Shown: positions 28,480 to 39,323, numbered from the stretch's first letter. The stretch: 64,000 nucleotides of DNA from Pseudomonadota bacterium (GCA_021849505.1 JAJZSW010000003.1:811-64810); one strand, 5' to 3'. The notes: a model not told the origin generated them from the sequence alone. Numbers and translations: made by a program.

Positions 28480-30102
28480 CTAATTCCACTCATCCGGGTA
28501 GCGGGATGTTATCGGATAACGCCAGTCCTTGCCGAAGGCGCGGCGGCTGACGCGCACGCCCGGTGGCGCTTGGCGGCGCTTGTATTCGTTCTTCTTGAGC
28601 AGATTGACCACGCGTCTGACGTCGGCTTCCGGCCAGCCCTGCGCGATGATCTCGCGCGGGGACTGGTCGCGCTCCATGTAGGCCTCGATGATCGCGTCGA
28701 GCACCTCATACGGCGGCAGGCTGTCCTGGTCGGTCTGGTCCGGCTTGAGCTCGGCCGACGGCGCGCGCGTGATGATGTTGTCCGGAATCACCTCGGAGAG
28801 CGTGTTGCGCCAGCGCGCCAGCCGATAGACGAAGGTCTTGAACACGTCCTTGATCACCGCGAAACCGCCGGCCATGTCGCCGTAGAGCGTCGCGTAGCCG
28901 ACCGCCATCTCGCTCTTGTTGCCGGTGGTCAGCACGATGCGGCCGGTACGGTTCGACAGCGCCATCAGGAGCATGCCGCGGATGCGCGCCTGCAGGTTCT
29001 CGTCGGTCGTGTCCCAGTCGGGCTTCGGGCCAAGCTGCGCGAAAGTCGGCGCCAGCAGGACGGCAAACTGCTCCATCGCGCCCGCGATCGGGATCTCGTC
29101 ATACTGCACGCCGAGCCGGCGGATCATTTCGCGCGAATCGGCCAGACTCATCTGCGCCGTCCACGGCGAAGGCATCATCACCGCGCGCACCCGGTCGGCG
29201 CCGAGCGCGTCGACCGCGATGGCCAAGGTCAGCGCCGAGTCGATGCCGCCCGAGAGGCCGATGATCGCCCCGGGAAAGCCATTCTTGCCGAGGTAGTCGC
29301 GCACGCCGAGCTTCAGCGCCGCATAGACGTCCGCCTCGATGGACTGCGCCGGGGCCTGCGCACCGGGCAGCAGATGACCATCACCGAACTCGACGACCGT
29401 CACCGCCTCCGCGAAGGCCGGCAGCTGGTGCGTCAGCCGCCCGGCGGCGTCGAGCGCGAAGGACCCGCCGTCGAACACGAGCTCGTCCTGCCCGCCGACG
29501 AGATTGCAGTAGATCGCCGGCATGCCGGTACCGGCGATGCGCTCGCGCAGTACCGCCTGCCGCGTCGCCGGCTTGTTCATGTGGAAGGGCGAGGCATTCA
29601 GCGCCAGCAGCAGTTCCGCGCCGGCGGCGCGCGTCGCCTCGACCGTGCCGGGCAGCCAGATGTCCTCGCAGATCGCCAGGCCGACGCGCACGCCGCCGAT
29701 TTCCAGCACGCAGGGCTCGGTGCCGGTCGCGAAGTAGCGCTCTTCATCGAACACTTCGCTGTTCGGCAGGCGCTGCTTGCAATAGGTGGCTTCGATGCCT
29801 CCGCCGCGCAGCAGCGAGGCGGCGTTGTAGCGCAGCAGGCCGCGCATTTCCGGATGGCCGACGACGGCCGGCAGCGGAAGCTCCTCTGCCAGCGCCGTCA
29901 GTTCGCGCGCGCAGGCGCGATGGAAATCCGGGCGCAGCAGGAGGTCTTCGGGAGGGTAGCCGCAGAGCGCGAGTTCCGGCGTCAGCAGCAGGTCGGCGCC
30001 CAGCCGCTGCGCCGCCGCGGCCGCCGCAAGAATCCGTGCGGCGTTGCCGGCAAGATCGCCGACCGTGCAATTGATCTGTGCGACGGCGATCTTGAGGGTC
30101 AT
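28480..30102 (-). CDS. nadE: glutamine-dependent NAD+ synthetase
   Basis: N-terminal carbon-nitrogen hydrolase domain plus a C-terminal NAD synthetase domain with the SGGIDS P-loop. Confidence 0.92.
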   Translation of the reverse strand: MTLKIAVAQINCTVGDLAGNAARILAAAAAAQRLGADLLLTPELALCGYPPEDLLLRPDFHRACARELTALAEELPLPAVVGHPEMRGLLRYNAASLLRGGGIEATYCKQRLPNSEVFDEERYFATGTEPCVLEIGGVRVGLAICEDIWLPGTVEATRAAGAELLLALNASPFHMNKPATRQAVLRERIAGTGMPAIYCNLVGGQDELVFDGGSFALDAAGRLTHQLPAFAEAVTVVEFGDGHLLPGAQAPAQSIEADVYAALKLGVRDYLGKNGFPGAIIGLSGGIDSALTLAIAVDALGADRVRAVMMPSPWTAQMSLADSREMIRRLGVQYDEIPIAGAMEQFAVLLAPTFAQLGPKPDWDTTDENLQARIRGMLLMALSNRTGRIVLTTGNKSEMAVGYATLYGDMAGGFAVIKDVFKTFVYRLARWRNTLSEVIPDNIITRAPSAELKPDQTDQDSLPPYEVLDAIIEAYMERDQSPREIIAQGWPEADVRRVVNLLKKNEYKRRQAPPGVRVSRRAFGKDWRYPITSRYPDEWN

Positions 30103-30117
30103 GGCGGAGTCAGCGGA

Positions 30118-30666
30118 TCAGAAGGCGGGCTTCTGCTTGGCGTCGTTGAAGCGCTGCACGCCGGTCAAGATCTCCTTCTTCGCTTCCTCGGCGTCGACCC
30201 AGCCCTCGACCTTGACGAACTTGCCCGGCTCGAGGTCCTTGTAGTGGGCAAAGAAGTGGGAGATGGAGTCGAGCACGATCTGCGGAAAATCGCGCGGCGA
30301 CTCGATATCGCGATACATCGGCGTCAGCTTGTCCACCGGCACGGCCAGCAGCTTGGCGTCTTCCCCGGCCTCATCGGTCATCTTGAGCATGCCGACCGGG
30401 CGGCAGCGCACCACCACGCCTGGGGGCAATGCAAACTGCGACACCACCAGCACGTCGACGGGGTCGCCGTCGCCGGCGATGGTGTGGGGGATGTAGCCAT
30501 AGTTACAGGGGTAGTGCATCGCCGTGGCCATGAAGCGGTCGACGAAGATCGCGCCGGAATCCTTGTCGACCTCGTACTTGATCGGGTCGGAATGCATCGG
30601 GATCTCGATGATCACATTGAAATCGTTCGGCAGGTCCTTGCCGGAGGGGACATTGTTCAAGGCCAC
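30118..30666 (-). CDS. ppa: inorganic pyrophosphatase
   Basis: GTG start at 30666 ([23 protein letters not shown]) with a GGGAG Shine-Dalgarno. It reads as family I PPase throughout ([20 protein letters not shown]). Confidence 0.93.
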   Translation of the reverse strand: MALNNVPSGKDLPNDFNVIIEIPMHSDPIKYEVDKDSGAIFVDRFMATAMHYPCNYGYIPHTIAGDGDPVDVLVVSQFALPPGVVVRCRPVGMLKMTDEAGEDAKLLAVPVDKLTPMYRDIESPRDFPQIVLDSISHFFAHYKDLEPGKFVKVEGWVDAEEAKKEILTGVQRFNDAKQKPAF

Positions 30667-30721
30667 GGTCAGCTCCCGGAAAAAAGCGCGATTATAGTTT
30701 GTTGCGGTGCAGCAAGCAGCT

Positions 30722-30928
30722 TTATTCTGCCTCGAAGCCGGCGTCTTCGATCGCCGCGCACAGTGCCGTGCGCGTGACCTTGGCGGGGTCGAACTCGACC
30801 GTGGCCTGCCCGGGAGAAAGCTGCACTTCGGCCTGCGCCACACCGGGCGTTTCGCTCAGCACCTTCGTCACGCTGGCAGTGCAGCCGCCGCAGGACATGC
30901 CCGTGATCTTGATCGTCGTCGTTTCCAT
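30722..30928 (-). CDS. copZ: heavy-metal-associated copper chaperone
   Basis: 68 aa with the GMSCGGC metal-binding motif. The start abuts the copA stop. Confidence 0.88.
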   Translation of the reverse strand: METTTIKITGMSCGGCTASVTKVLSETPGVAQAEVQLSPGQATVEFDPAKVTRTALCAAIEDAGFEAE

Positions 30929-33097
30929 TCAGTTTCTCCCTGATTTCCAGCGTTTGAGCAGTAGTGAATTGCTCACCACCGAGACCGAACTCAGCGCCAT
31001 CGCCGCCCCCGCCACCACCGGATTGAGGAAGCCAAGCGCCGCGGCGGGAATGCCGAGCACATTGTAGATGAAGGCCCAGAACAGGTTCTGGCGGATCTTC
31101 GCCAGCGTCGCGCGCGACAGCGAGATCGCGTCGGCGACGCCGTTGAGGTCGTCGCGCATCAGCGTCACGTCGGCCGCCTGCATCGCCACGTCGGCCCCCG
31201 CGCCCATCGCGAAGGAGACGTCCGCCGCCGCCAGCGCCGGGGCGTCGTTGATGCCGTCGCCGGCCATGCCCACCACCTTGCCGGCCGCCTTGAGGGCCGC
31301 GACATGGGATGCCTTGTCGCCCGGCAGCACGTTCGCCTCGTAGCGACCGACACCGGACTGGCGCGCGATCTCGGCTGCCGTCGCCGCGTTGTCGCCGGTG
31401 AGCATCACGACCTCGACACCGAGCTGCTGGAGGCGTCCCACAGCATCCTTCGTACTTTCGCGCAGCGGATCGGCGACCGCAATGACACCGATGACAGTAT
31501 CGCCCAGCGCAACGCCGACCTGGCTGCCCGGTGTTTCGCTTGCGGGAATACCAAGCCAGTCGGGCGAGCCCACGCGTACCGGCTTGCCGGCGACGATGCC
31601 ACTGATGCCCTTGCCGGGTTCCGCCGTCACATCCTGCGGTGTATCGAGTGCGAGGCCGCGCTGCTTCGCTTCGGCCACCAGCGCGGCCGCCAGCGGATGC
31701 GTGGAGCCCTGTTCGAGGCTGGCGGCGATCCTCAGCACCTCGGATGCCGTCCCGCCGGAACTGACTTTCACTGCGATCACTGTTGGCTTGCCCTGCGTCA
31801 GCGTGCCGGTCTTGTCGACGGCCAGTACATTGATCTTCTCGGCAAGCTCGAGCGCCTGCGCGTTGCGGATCAGGATGCCGGCCTTCGCGCCGAGCCCGGT
31901 GCCCACCATGATCGCCGTCGGCGTGGCGAGGCCCAGCGCGCACGGGCAGGCGATCACCAGCACCGCGACCGCGTTCACCAGCGCCGTCGTGAACTCGCCG
32001 TCCAGCGACCACCAGGCGATGAAAGTGATCAGCGCGATCGTCGTCACCACCGGCACGAAGATCGCGGCGACCCGGTCGGCCAACCGCTGCACTGGCGCCT
32101 TCGAGCCTTGTGCCTGTTCGACCAGTCGAATGATGCCGGCGAGCAAGGTGTGCGAGCCGACGCCCGTCGCCTTGCAGCGCAGCAGTCCATCGCCGTTGAT
32201 CGTCGCGGCGAAGACCTTGTCGCCCGGTGCCTTCGCGACCGGCAGGCTCTCGCCGGTCAGCATCGCCTCGTTCGCGCTCGATTGGCCGGCGATCACTTCG
32301 CCATCGACCGGTACCGCCTCGCCCGGCCGCACGACGACGACATCGCCGGGGATCAGGCTCGCCACCGGTAGTTCGACGAGCTGGTCGTTGCGTTCGACCC
32401 ACGCCGTCTGCGGCTGCAGTTTCATCAGCGACTCGATCGCCGCCGATGTCTTCGCCTTGGCGCGCGCCTCGAGGATCTTGCCCATCAGCACCAGTGTGAT
32501 GACCGTCGCCGAGGCCTCGTAATACACATGCTGGTGCGCGAGTCCGAGGAACAGCACGACCGTACTGTAGGCCCACGCCATCGTCGTGCCCAGCGCGACC
32601 AGCACGTCCATGTTGCCGCTGCCGCCGCGGATCGCGTTCCAGCCGCCGACATAGAAGCGCCAGCCGATCCAGAACTGGACCGGCGTCGCCAGCGCGAACT
32701 GCAGCCAGCGCGGCAGCACATCGACGTGTCCTGCCTGCCCGAACATGAAGGGCATCTGGGCGATCAGCGGCAGGGTCAGCGCCAGTGCGAACCAGAAGCG
32801 CTTCACCTCGGCGCGATAGGCCGCTTCCTTGCGCGCCTTTTCCTCGCCGCGCGTGTCGGCCGTCGATGGCGTCGCGGTGAAGCCGGTCTTGACGATCGTG
32901 GCGATCAGCTTGTCGACGTCGGCGCTGGCCGGATCGAAGCGGATGTGCGCACGCTCGGCCGGCAGGTTCACCGCCGCCTCGACGCCGGGCAGCTTGTTGA
33001 GCTGCCGCTCGATGCGCGCCGAGCAGGCGGCGCAGGTCATGCCGCCGATCGACAACTCGACCGTCTGACAGTCTTCGTTTCTTGCCACTGCTGACAT
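30929..33097 (-). CDS. copA: copper-translocating P1B-type ATPase
   Basis: N-terminal HMA domain (GMTCAACS), CPC in the TM helix ([11 protein letters not shown]), DKTGTLT and GDGINDAP. Confidence 0.92.
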   Translation of the reverse strand: MSAVARNEDCQTVELSIGGMTCAACSARIERQLNKLPGVEAAVNLPAERAHIRFDPASADVDKLIATIVKTGFTATPSTADTRGEEKARKEAAYRAEVKRFWFALALTLPLIAQMPFMFGQAGHVDVLPRWLQFALATPVQFWIGWRFYVGGWNAIRGGSGNMDVLVALGTTMAWAYSTVVLFLGLAHQHVYYEASATVITLVLMGKILEARAKAKTSAAIESLMKLQPQTAWVERNDQLVELPVASLIPGDVVVVRPGEAVPVDGEVIAGQSSANEAMLTGESLPVAKAPGDKVFAATINGDGLLRCKATGVGSHTLLAGIIRLVEQAQGSKAPVQRLADRVAAIFVPVVTTIALITFIAWWSLDGEFTTALVNAVAVLVIACPCALGLATPTAIMVGTGLGAKAGILIRNAQALELAEKINVLAVDKTGTLTQGKPTVIAVKVSSGGTASEVLRIAASLEQGSTHPLAAALVAEAKQRGLALDTPQDVTAEPGKGISGIVAGKPVRVGSPDWLGIPASETPGSQVGVALGDTVIGVIAVADPLRESTKDAVGRLQQLGVEVVMLTGDNAATAAEIARQSGVGRYEANVLPGDKASHVAALKAAGKVVGMAGDGINDAPALAAADVSFAMGAGADVAMQAADVTLMRDDLNGVADAISLSRATLAKIRQNLFWAFIYNVLGIPAAALGFLNPVVAGAAMALSSVSVVSNSLLLKRWKSGRN

Positions 33098-33099
33098 GG

Positions 33100-33759
33100 T
33101 TAGCCGCGCCAGTAATTGAACACGCCGATTATCCCGTAGCCGAGCACCAGAAGGCCAGAAACCACGCGCACGGCACGGGCTTGGGCGAAGCGGCGGAAGC
33201 GTGCCAGCAGCAGTCCGGCGAGCAGCAGGTTGGGCAGCGTGCCGAGGCCGAAGGCGAGCATCAGCAGCGCGCCCTGTCCTGCCGAGCCGCTCGCCAGCGA
33301 CGTAGTCAGCGCGCTATACACCAGCCCGCAGGGCAGCCAGCCCCACAGCAGCCCGAGCGGCAGCGCCTGCGCGATGCCGCGCACCGGCAGGAAGCGTTTC
33401 GTCAGCGGCTGGATGCGCTGCCAGAGTGCCTGCCCGCCGCGTTCGAGCGGCGACAGGAATTGGGTGAAGCCCAGCAGGTAGAGGCCCATCGCGATCAGCA
33501 TCAGGCTGGCGCAGAGATAGAGGACATTCTGCAGCGCCAGCAGGTTGCCGGCCGCCTGACCGAGCAGACCGGCAAGCAGGCCGGCAATCACATAGCTGCC
33601 GATGCGCCCGAGGTTGTACGCAAGATGCACGAGGACGGCCGTGCCACCTTGCTGGGTCTGCAAGCTCAGCGCGCCGACGATGCCGCCGCACATGCCGGCG
33701 CAATGGCCGCCGCCGAGCAGGCCGACGATGAAGAGCGCGAGGAGACTGTTGTCAGGCAT
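33100..33759 (-). CDS. TauE/SafE-like (COG2836) membrane protein with an HCAGMCGG motif
   Basis: [26 protein letters not shown]. Polytopic. The stop is 3 nt from the copA start. Confidence 0.7.
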   Translation of the reverse strand: MPDNSLLALFIVGLLGGGHCAGMCGGIVGALSLQTQQGGTAVLVHLAYNLGRIGSYVIAGLLAGLLGQAAGNLLALQNVLYLCASLMLIAMGLYLLGFTQFLSPLERGGQALWQRIQPLTKRFLPVRGIAQALPLGLLWGWLPCGLVYSALTTSLASGSAGQGALLMLAFGLGTLPNLLLAGLLLARFRRFAQARAVRVVSGLLVLGYGIIGVFNYWRG

Positions 33760-33775
33760 GGCGATGCACGAAGCA

Positions 33776-33799
33776 GTGCCGTCTCGCCGGCACTGACTT
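33776..33799 (-). repeat. dispersed 25-mer, copy 9 (degenerate, self-pairing)
   Basis: The + strand reads GTGCCGTCTCGCCGGCACTGACTT. An AGTGCCG/CGGCACT 7-bp hairpin spans 33775-33794. Confidence 0.6.
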
Positions 33800-33815
33800 G
33801 CGCGTGGCGTTCAGC

Positions 33816-35207
33816 TCAGATGACCTTCGAGTAGCGCACGCGCTCGCGGTCGGAACGCAGGTAGCGGTCGAACACCATCGCGATCACGCGCACGAGGATG
33901 CGGCCTTTCGGCTCGACCGTGATCCACTGGTCGTCGATGGTCAGCAGCCCGGCCTGCTCCATCTCGCGCAGGTCGGCGAGTTCGGGAGCGAAGTAGGACT
34001 TGAAGTCGATCAGGTGGGCGATCTCGATCGACTCGATCGACAACTCGAAGTGGCACATCAGCGCCTGGATGATCGAGCGGCGCAGCAGGTCGTCGGCGGT
34101 CAGTTCGAGGCCACGCATCACCGGCAGTTCGCCACGGTCGAGCGCGTCGTAGTACTCGTCGAGCGTGCGGTAGTTCTGGCAGTAGGTCGGCCCGACCTTG
34201 CCGATCGCCGAGACGCCGAAGGCCAGCAGATCCGCCTCGGCATGCGTCGAATAGCCCTGGAAGTTGCGGTGCAGACGGCCCTGGCGCTGTGCGACGGCCA
34301 GTTCGTCGTCCGGCTTGGCGAAGTGGTCCATGCCGATGAACACATAGTCCGCGTCGGTCAGGCGCCGGATGGCGAGCTGGATGATCTGCAGCTTGGCGTC
34401 CGCGCTCGGCAGTTCGGCCTCGTTGATGCGCCGCTGCGGCTTGGCGAGATTCGGCAGGTGAGCGTAGTTGTAGATCGACAGCCGGTCGGGTGCGAGCTTG
34501 AGGATCTCGTCGAGCGTGTGGTTGAAGCTGATCACGTTCTGCTTCGGCAGGCCGTAGATCAGGTCGACCGAAATGCCCTTGAAGCCGAATTCGCGTGCGG
34601 CATCGATGACGACCCGCGTCTCGTCGAGCGTCTGGATGCGATTGACCGCCTGCTGCACGCGCGGATCGAAGTCCTGCACGCCGACGCTCATGCGGTTGAA
34701 GCCGAGGTCGGCGAGCAGCTTGACGGTCTCGCGGTCGACCTTGCGCGGATCGACCTCGATGGAATATTCGCCGTCCGGCAGCAGGCGGAAATGCTGCCGC
34801 GTCATTTCCATCAGCCGCTTCATCTCGTCGTGCGAGAGGAAGGTGGGGGTGCCGCCACCCCAGTGCAGCTGCACCACGTCGTGCGGGCCGTCGAGCGCCG
34901 CCGACTGCAGCGCCAGCTCCTTGCCGAGATATTTCAGGTACTTGGCCGAGCGCCCATGATCTTTGGTAATAATCTTGTTGCAGGCGCAGTAATAGCAGAT
35001 CGTGTTGCAGAACGGGATGTGAAAGTATAATGAGAGCGCCCGGCCGATTCCCCCGATCGTGCGCTTGCCCAGCCAGGAACGATAGGCGGCCGCATCGAAG
35101 GCCTCGACGAAGCGGTCGGCCGTCGGGTAGGACGTGTAGCGCGGGCCACTGACGTCGAAGCGACGAATGACCTGCGGATCGAAAATCAGCTCTTGATAAT
35201 GACTCAC
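33816..35207 (-). CDS. hemN: oxygen-independent coproporphyrinogen III oxidase
   Basis: MSHYQELIFDPQVIRRFDVSGPRYTSYPTADRF and the radical SAM CxxxCxxC cluster (FCNTICYYCACN). Confidence 0.93.
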   Translation of the reverse strand: MSHYQELIFDPQVIRRFDVSGPRYTSYPTADRFVEAFDAAAYRSWLGKRTIGGIGRALSLYFHIPFCNTICYYCACNKIITKDHGRSAKYLKYLGKELALQSAALDGPHDVVQLHWGGGTPTFLSHDEMKRLMEMTRQHFRLLPDGEYSIEVDPRKVDRETVKLLADLGFNRMSVGVQDFDPRVQQAVNRIQTLDETRVVIDAAREFGFKGISVDLIYGLPKQNVISFNHTLDEILKLAPDRLSIYNYAHLPNLAKPQRRINEAELPSADAKLQIIQLAIRRLTDADYVFIGMDHFAKPDDELAVAQRQGRLHRNFQGYSTHAEADLLAFGVSAIGKVGPTYCQNYRTLDEYYDALDRGELPVMRGLELTADDLLRRSIIQALMCHFELSIESIEIAHLIDFKSYFAPELADLREMEQAGLLTIDDQWITVEPKGRILVRVIAMVFDRYLRSDRERVRYSKVI

Positions 35208-35294
35208 GACTCAGAAATGGTGCCGACGAAAACTGCCGAAATGAAACCTTCCCCAATGAGGCGCTCAGGATGCAGCAAGGACGGCCGGTTTACG

Positions 35295-35308
35295 TTGACA
35301 CAGATCAA
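35295..35308. promoter_or_regulatory. FNR box TTGAC-ACAG-ATCAA in the hemN/fnr divergent region
   Basis: The centre is 94 nt upstream of the hemN ATG, and a CATCCT hexamer sits at class II spacing on the hemN side. The 17-mer TTGACACAGATCAAAGC recurs at 54599-54615 on the minus strand. Confidence 0.75.
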
Positions 35309-35350
35309 AGCTGACCCGGTTGCTCGCCGCGTTGCACGGAAAATCCGCCC

Positions 35351-36088
35351 ATGCACGGAAAATTAGCCCATCTTTCGGTGCCGCAACTGCGGGAAGCCTG
35401 TTCGCAGTGCAACCTGCGCGAACTGTGCCTGCCGATGGGGCTGTCCGAACATGAAATGGGGCAGCTCGACGAACTCGTCAATCTGCGGCGGCGTATCCTG
35501 CGCGGTCAGCACATCTACCGCAGCGGCGACGGCTTCGAGGCGATCTTTGCAATCAAGACGGGCTTTTTCAAGACCGATGTGCTGCTCGAGGACGGCCGCG
35601 AACAGGTGACCGGCTTCCAGATGGCGGGCGAGATTCTTGGCCTCGACGGCATCGGCACCGAAAGGCACACCTGCAATGCGGTTGCCCTCGAGGACAGCGA
35701 AGTCTGCGTGATTCCCTTCAGCGACCTCGAAAACTATTCGCGCGAGATCGGCGCACTGCAGCACCACTTCCACAAGGTGATGTCGCGCGAGATCGTGCGC
35801 GACCACGGCGTGATGATGCTGCTCGGCATCATGCGCGCCGAGGAGCGCCTCGCCGCCTTCCTGCTCAACCTGTCGCAGCGCTTCACCGCGCGCGGCTACT
35901 CGCCGACCGAGTTCAACCTGCGCATGACGCGCAACGAAATCGGTTCCTACCTCGGACTCAAGCTCGAAACCGTGAGCCGCGCCTTCTCGCGCTTCCAGGA
36001 CGAAGGGCTGATCACGGTGCACCAGAAACACATCCAGATCCTGGATGTGGCCGGCCTGAAGAAACTGCTCACCGAACGCCGCGCCTGA
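35351..36088 (+). CDS. fnr: FNR-type oxygen-sensing transcription regulator
   Basis: N-terminal Cys cluster (CSQCNLRELC), a cNMP-like beta roll, and an HTH with the E--SR motif (LETVSRAFSRF). Confidence 0.9.
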   Translation: MHGKLAHLSVPQLREACSQCNLRELCLPMGLSEHEMGQLDELVNLRRRILRGQHIYRSGDGFEAIFAIKTGFFKTDVLLEDGREQVTGFQMAGEILGLDGIGTERHTCNAVALEDSEVCVIPFSDLENYSREIGALQHHFHKVMSREIVRDHGVMMLLGIMRAEERLAAFLLNLSQRFTARGYSPTEFNLRMTRNEIGSYLGLKLETVSRAFSRFQDEGLITVHQKHIQILDVAGLKKLLTERRA

Positions 36089-36126
36089 GGAGGTCCGCCT
36101 CCCTTCGCCCCCTCGCCGGGGGCTAG

Positions 36127-36771
36127 TCAGTCGAGCTGGTTGGCGACGGCCCAGACGGCCGCCTCGACGCGCGAACGGAACTTCAGCTTTTTGAGCAGGT
36201 TGCGCACATGCACCTTGACGGTGCTTTCCATGATGTCCAGTTCGCGCGCGATCAGCTTGTTCGACATGCCCGCCGCGAGGCACTTGAGGATCGCGCTTTC
36301 GCGCTCGGTCAGGCTGGCCTGGCTGCGCTGCTCGGTCACGCTCTCCTCGCGCAGCGCGGCGGCCAGCAGACTGGCCAGCTCGGGGCTGATCGCCGTCTGC
36401 CCCTGCATGGCATTGCCGATGAGCGAGAGGATGTCGTCCGGATCGTTGTCTTTCAGGATGTAGCCGTCGGCGCCGGCCCGGATGGCGGCGATCAGATCCT
36501 CCGGGGCATTCGAGACCGTGAGCAGGATGATGCGGGCATCCTCGCCCATGTCGCGCAGGGTGCGCAGCGTTTCGAGGCCGTTGATGCCCTTCATGTTGAG
36601 GTCGAGCAGGATCAGGTCGGGATCGAGCTGCTTGGCCAGTTCGATGCCCTCGCGGCCGCTGGCGGCTTCGCCGACCACAATGAAGCCTTCGGTCAGTTCG
36701 AGCAGCTGGCAGACGCCCTTGCGCAGCAGCGGATGATCGTCGATGACGAGGACGCGCGTGTTTTCCGTCAT
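36127..36771 (-). CDS. narL: nitrate/nitrite response regulator
   Basis: Receiver domain (VLVIDDHPLLRKG) plus a LuxR-type HTH (LTERESAILKCLAAGMSNKLIARELDIMESTVKVHV). It overlaps the narX stop by 4 nt. Confidence 0.88.
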   Translation of the reverse strand: MTENTRVLVIDDHPLLRKGVCQLLELTEGFIVVGEAASGREGIELAKQLDPDLILLDLNMKGINGLETLRTLRDMGEDARIILLTVSNAPEDLIAAIRAGADGYILKDNDPDDILSLIGNAMQGQTAISPELASLLAAALREESVTEQRSQASLTERESAILKCLAAGMSNKLIARELDIMESTVKVHVRNLLKKLKFRSRVEAAVWAVANQLD

Positions 36772-38660
36772 GGTCTGGACTCCGGAGGGGAAGGCGGCCG
36801 ATTTTTCTGCGGCATGAATTTCAGGAAGACGACGGTGCCGGCGCCCGGAGCGGAAGCAACTTCGAGCTGCCCCTCCAGGATGTGGGCACGATCGTGCATG
36901 ATGCTGACGCCGAAATGGTTGGCCGGCGTCTGTGCCGGATCGAAGCCCCTGCCGTCATCGGCGACTCTGACCGTGACGGCGTGCCCGGCATCGATCGCGA
37001 TGGCGACGCTCGCATGCCCCGCCGCGGCATGATGCTCGATGTTGGCCAGCGCCTCGCGGATGATCCGGATGACATGCATCTCCTCGTTGCCGGAGAGCAC
37101 GATGTCCGACAGGCTGTTCTTCAGCTCGACCGGGAAGCCGAGCTTTTCCGAGAACTCGGTGACGGTCTGCTGCAGGGCGACGTTGAAGCCGCGCGCGTCG
37201 ATGCGCAGGCGGAAGGTGACGATCAGCTCGCGCAGCTCGCGATAGGCGCCGCCGAGCCCGCGCTTCAGCTCCTGCGCGATCGCCCGTGTGTCGCCGCCGC
37301 GTTCGAGACTTTTTTCCAGCCGCAACACCTGGATCTGCAGGTAGCTCAAGGACTGGGCGATGGAATCGTGCAGTTCGCGCGCGATCACCGAACGCTCCTC
37401 GAGCACCGCCAGGCGGTGTTTTTCCTCGGCACGCCGCATATTGATCAGGGCGTTCGAGATGTGATGGCCGACGGTCTCAAGGATGCGCACCTTTTCGTTC
37501 GACAACGGCGCACTCGCTTCTTTCATCAGAATGGGCATGACACCGCGCAGCCGGTCGCCGTCGCCGATCGGAATGGACAGGAACGGCTGCGTCGCAGCCT
37601 GCTCGACCAGGGTCTTTTCCGCGCAGGTGAAGCAGTTCGCGCAGTCCGATTGAACGCGCAAGGCCCGCATTTCTTCCGGGGTCAGATCGCCGGTAACGAC
37701 CTTCGCCGGCATTTGCCCGTTCTCGCTGATGCAGATCATGCTGTGGCCCAGTTCCAGCGCCGCCTCGACCTCGCGCATCACGGCCTGCACGTTCTCCAGC
37801 GTCAGATCGCTGGCCGAAAGCTGCTGGCTCACGCGGTAGAGCAGTTCGAGCGCTTCGTTGGAACGCTTCAGTTCGCGCGTCTTTTCCTCGACCTTGTCCT
37901 CGAGGTGGGCATACATCGTCGCGATCTCCGCCACCATCGTGTTGAACGCATGGCCGAGCTGTCCCAGTTCGTCGTTGGAGGCATGCTGCACGCGTACCGA
38001 GAACGACCCCTGCGACACCGTCTTCGCGGCCTGCAGGAGTTGCGCGAGCGGCTGGACCACCTGGCGGCGCAGCATCCAGAGGGTCAACAGGCTGATCAGG
38101 ACGATCAGCGCCAGCAGGCCCAGCTGGATGACACGCAGCAGGCGCGCCTTGTTCTCGAGCTCGATCTCGATCAGGTAAACGACGTGGTCGATCTGGTCGA
38201 CGTAATCGGGAATCTCGTGGGCAATCTGCTTCAGCGCGGAAGACTCGCCATGCGCGGCGTTGATTTCGAGCGCGCGCATGTGCGTGTTCCAGCGTTGCAG
38301 AACGCCATGCACCGCCAGCACCGACGGCGCACCCTCGGGCGACTTGGCGACGACGAAACGCTCCAGACCCAGCAGGCGGCGCTCGAAGATCTTCATGGTC
38401 TCGAGCGCCTGCTCGCGCTTCTCCGGTTGCAGCACTTCGCTGAGCGTCCGGAAGGTCAGCATGCGCAGCGAACCGGAGACGTTGACGGCGTTGGCCCGGC
38501 CGCTGATGTCCTCGGCGATCACCGTCGAAATCACGATGGAAATGAAGGACAGGATCGCCAGCGCGCTCAAGGCAAGGCCGACGCGGAACAGCACCGAGTC
38601 GCGGAGGAACTGCGAAAAGACTGGAAAGATTCGTTTCACGAGTGAGCAGAAATTACCCAC
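36768..38660 (-). CDS. narX: nitrate/nitrite sensor histidine kinase
   Basis: Periplasmic P-box-like SGSLRMLTFR, HAMP, a Cys-rich central module, HisKA_3 (ARELHDSIAQSLSYL) and HATPase. The track start is a GTG, so the exact start is uncertain. Confidence 0.85.
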   Translation of the reverse strand: MGNFCSLVKRIFPVFSQFLRDSVLFRVGLALSALAILSFISIVISTVIAEDISGRANAVNVSGSLRMLTFRTLSEVLQPEKREQALETMKIFERRLLGLERFVVAKSPEGAPSVLAVHGVLQRWNTHMRALEINAAHGESSALKQIAHEIPDYVDQIDHVVYLIEIELENKARLLRVIQLGLLALIVLISLLTLWMLRRQVVQPLAQLLQAAKTVSQGSFSVRVQHASNDELGQLGHAFNTMVAEIATMYAHLEDKVEEKTRELKRSNEALELLYRVSQQLSASDLTLENVQAVMREVEAALELGHSMICISENGQMPAKVVTGDLTPEEMRALRVQSDCANCFTCAEKTLVEQAATQPFLSIPIGDGDRLRGVMPILMKEASAPLSNEKVRILETVGHHISNALINMRRAEEKHRLAVLEERSVIARELHDSIAQSLSYLQIQVLRLEKSLERGGDTRAIAQELKRGLGGAYRELRELIVTFRLRIDARGFNVALQQTVTEFSEKLGFPVELKNSLSDIVLSGNEEMHVIRIIREALANIEHHAAAGHASVAIAIDAGHAVTVRVADDGRGFDPAQTPANHFGVSIMHDRAHILEGQLEVASAPGAGTVVFLKFMPQKNRPPSPPESRP

Positions 38661-38700
38661 AACTTATTTATGGGTAATTGTCTATATTTAGAGGTAGGTA
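38654..38700. promoter_or_regulatory. NarL-type heptamers near the narX start
   Basis: TACCCAC (38654-38660), ATGGGTA (the reverse complement of TACCCAT, 38670-38676) and GTAGGTA (38694-38700), compared with the consensus TACYYMT. Confidence 0.45.
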
Positions 38701-38780
38701 TGGCAGTGCAGCAGACTTTGACCTCAAATTACAGCCCCATGATTCTACGCAACAATTCCAGACGGTCAGATATTACTGGC

Positions 38781-38796
38781 TACCTACTTGTAGGTA
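38781..38796. promoter_or_regulatory. NarL 7-2-7 inverted heptamer pair
   Basis: TACCTAC-TT-GTAGGTA is a perfect inverted repeat with the 2-bp spacer typical of high-affinity NarL sites. It lies about 120 nt upstream of narX. Confidence 0.55.
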
Positions 38797-38863
38797 GATG
38801 CCTGTCAGGCAGGACTCCCCTCAGGACTTTCATGCTGCATGTGCACGCCCTAGCATGCGCACA

Positions 38864-39286
38864 TCAGACGAGGAAACCCGCAGGATGCTTGGCCAAGGCC
38901 ACCGACACGATCCAGCCGAACATCGCCACCGCGGCGCAGCCGGCCAGTATCCGCAAGCGCGGGTAAGGGCTTGGCCTGAGCGCCAGCGCCCCCAGCAGGA
39001 TGTAGGCGAGCAAGCCGCCGATCTTGGCGGTCAGCCAGGCATCGATGAAGGGATATTGCCCGAGCAGCGCGGCCAGTCCGATCGCCGCGGCGAGCAGCAG
39101 GCTGTCGTTGATGTGCGGCAGGGCGCGCAGCCATTGCCGCCCGCCGTGCCACTCCGGGTGCCGTCCCGCCAGCGCCGACTTTCGCCGCAGCAGCAGCAGG
39201 CCGCGCAGGCAAAAGCCGCCGACGCTCAGCGCCACGCAGGTGACATGCAGATATTTGAGTGCCAGATACAACATCGCTTCAGCCAC
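38864..39286 (-). CDS. SirB2/YchQ-like inner-membrane protein
   Basis: MAEAMLYLALKYLHVTCVALSVGGFCLRG...LPHINDSLLL. Four TM helices. It contains an in-frame copy of the dispersed 25-mer (RRKSALAGRH). Confidence 0.6.
   Translation of the reverse strand: MAEAMLYLALKYLHVTCVALSVGGFCLRGLLLLRRKSALAGRHPEWHGGRQWLRALPHINDSLLLAAAIGLAALLGQYPFIDAWLTAKIGGLLAYILLGALALRPSPYPRLRILAGCAAVAMFGWIVSVALAKHPAGFLV
39158..39182 (-). repeat. dispersed 25-mer, copy 10 (inside the SirB-like gene, in frame)
   Basis: Perfect consensus. It encodes KSALAGRH on the coding strand. Confidence 0.9.
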
Positions 39287-39323
39287 TGAAACAAGAACAA
39301 GAAGACATTCCGGAGATCACGAC

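Noticed and set aside
38670-38966. 98-aa ORF in the narX upstream region.
   Set aside because: It overlaps the NarL-site region and the 3' end of the SirB-like gene. It has no Shine-Dalgarno and atypical composition. I consider it probably non-coding.
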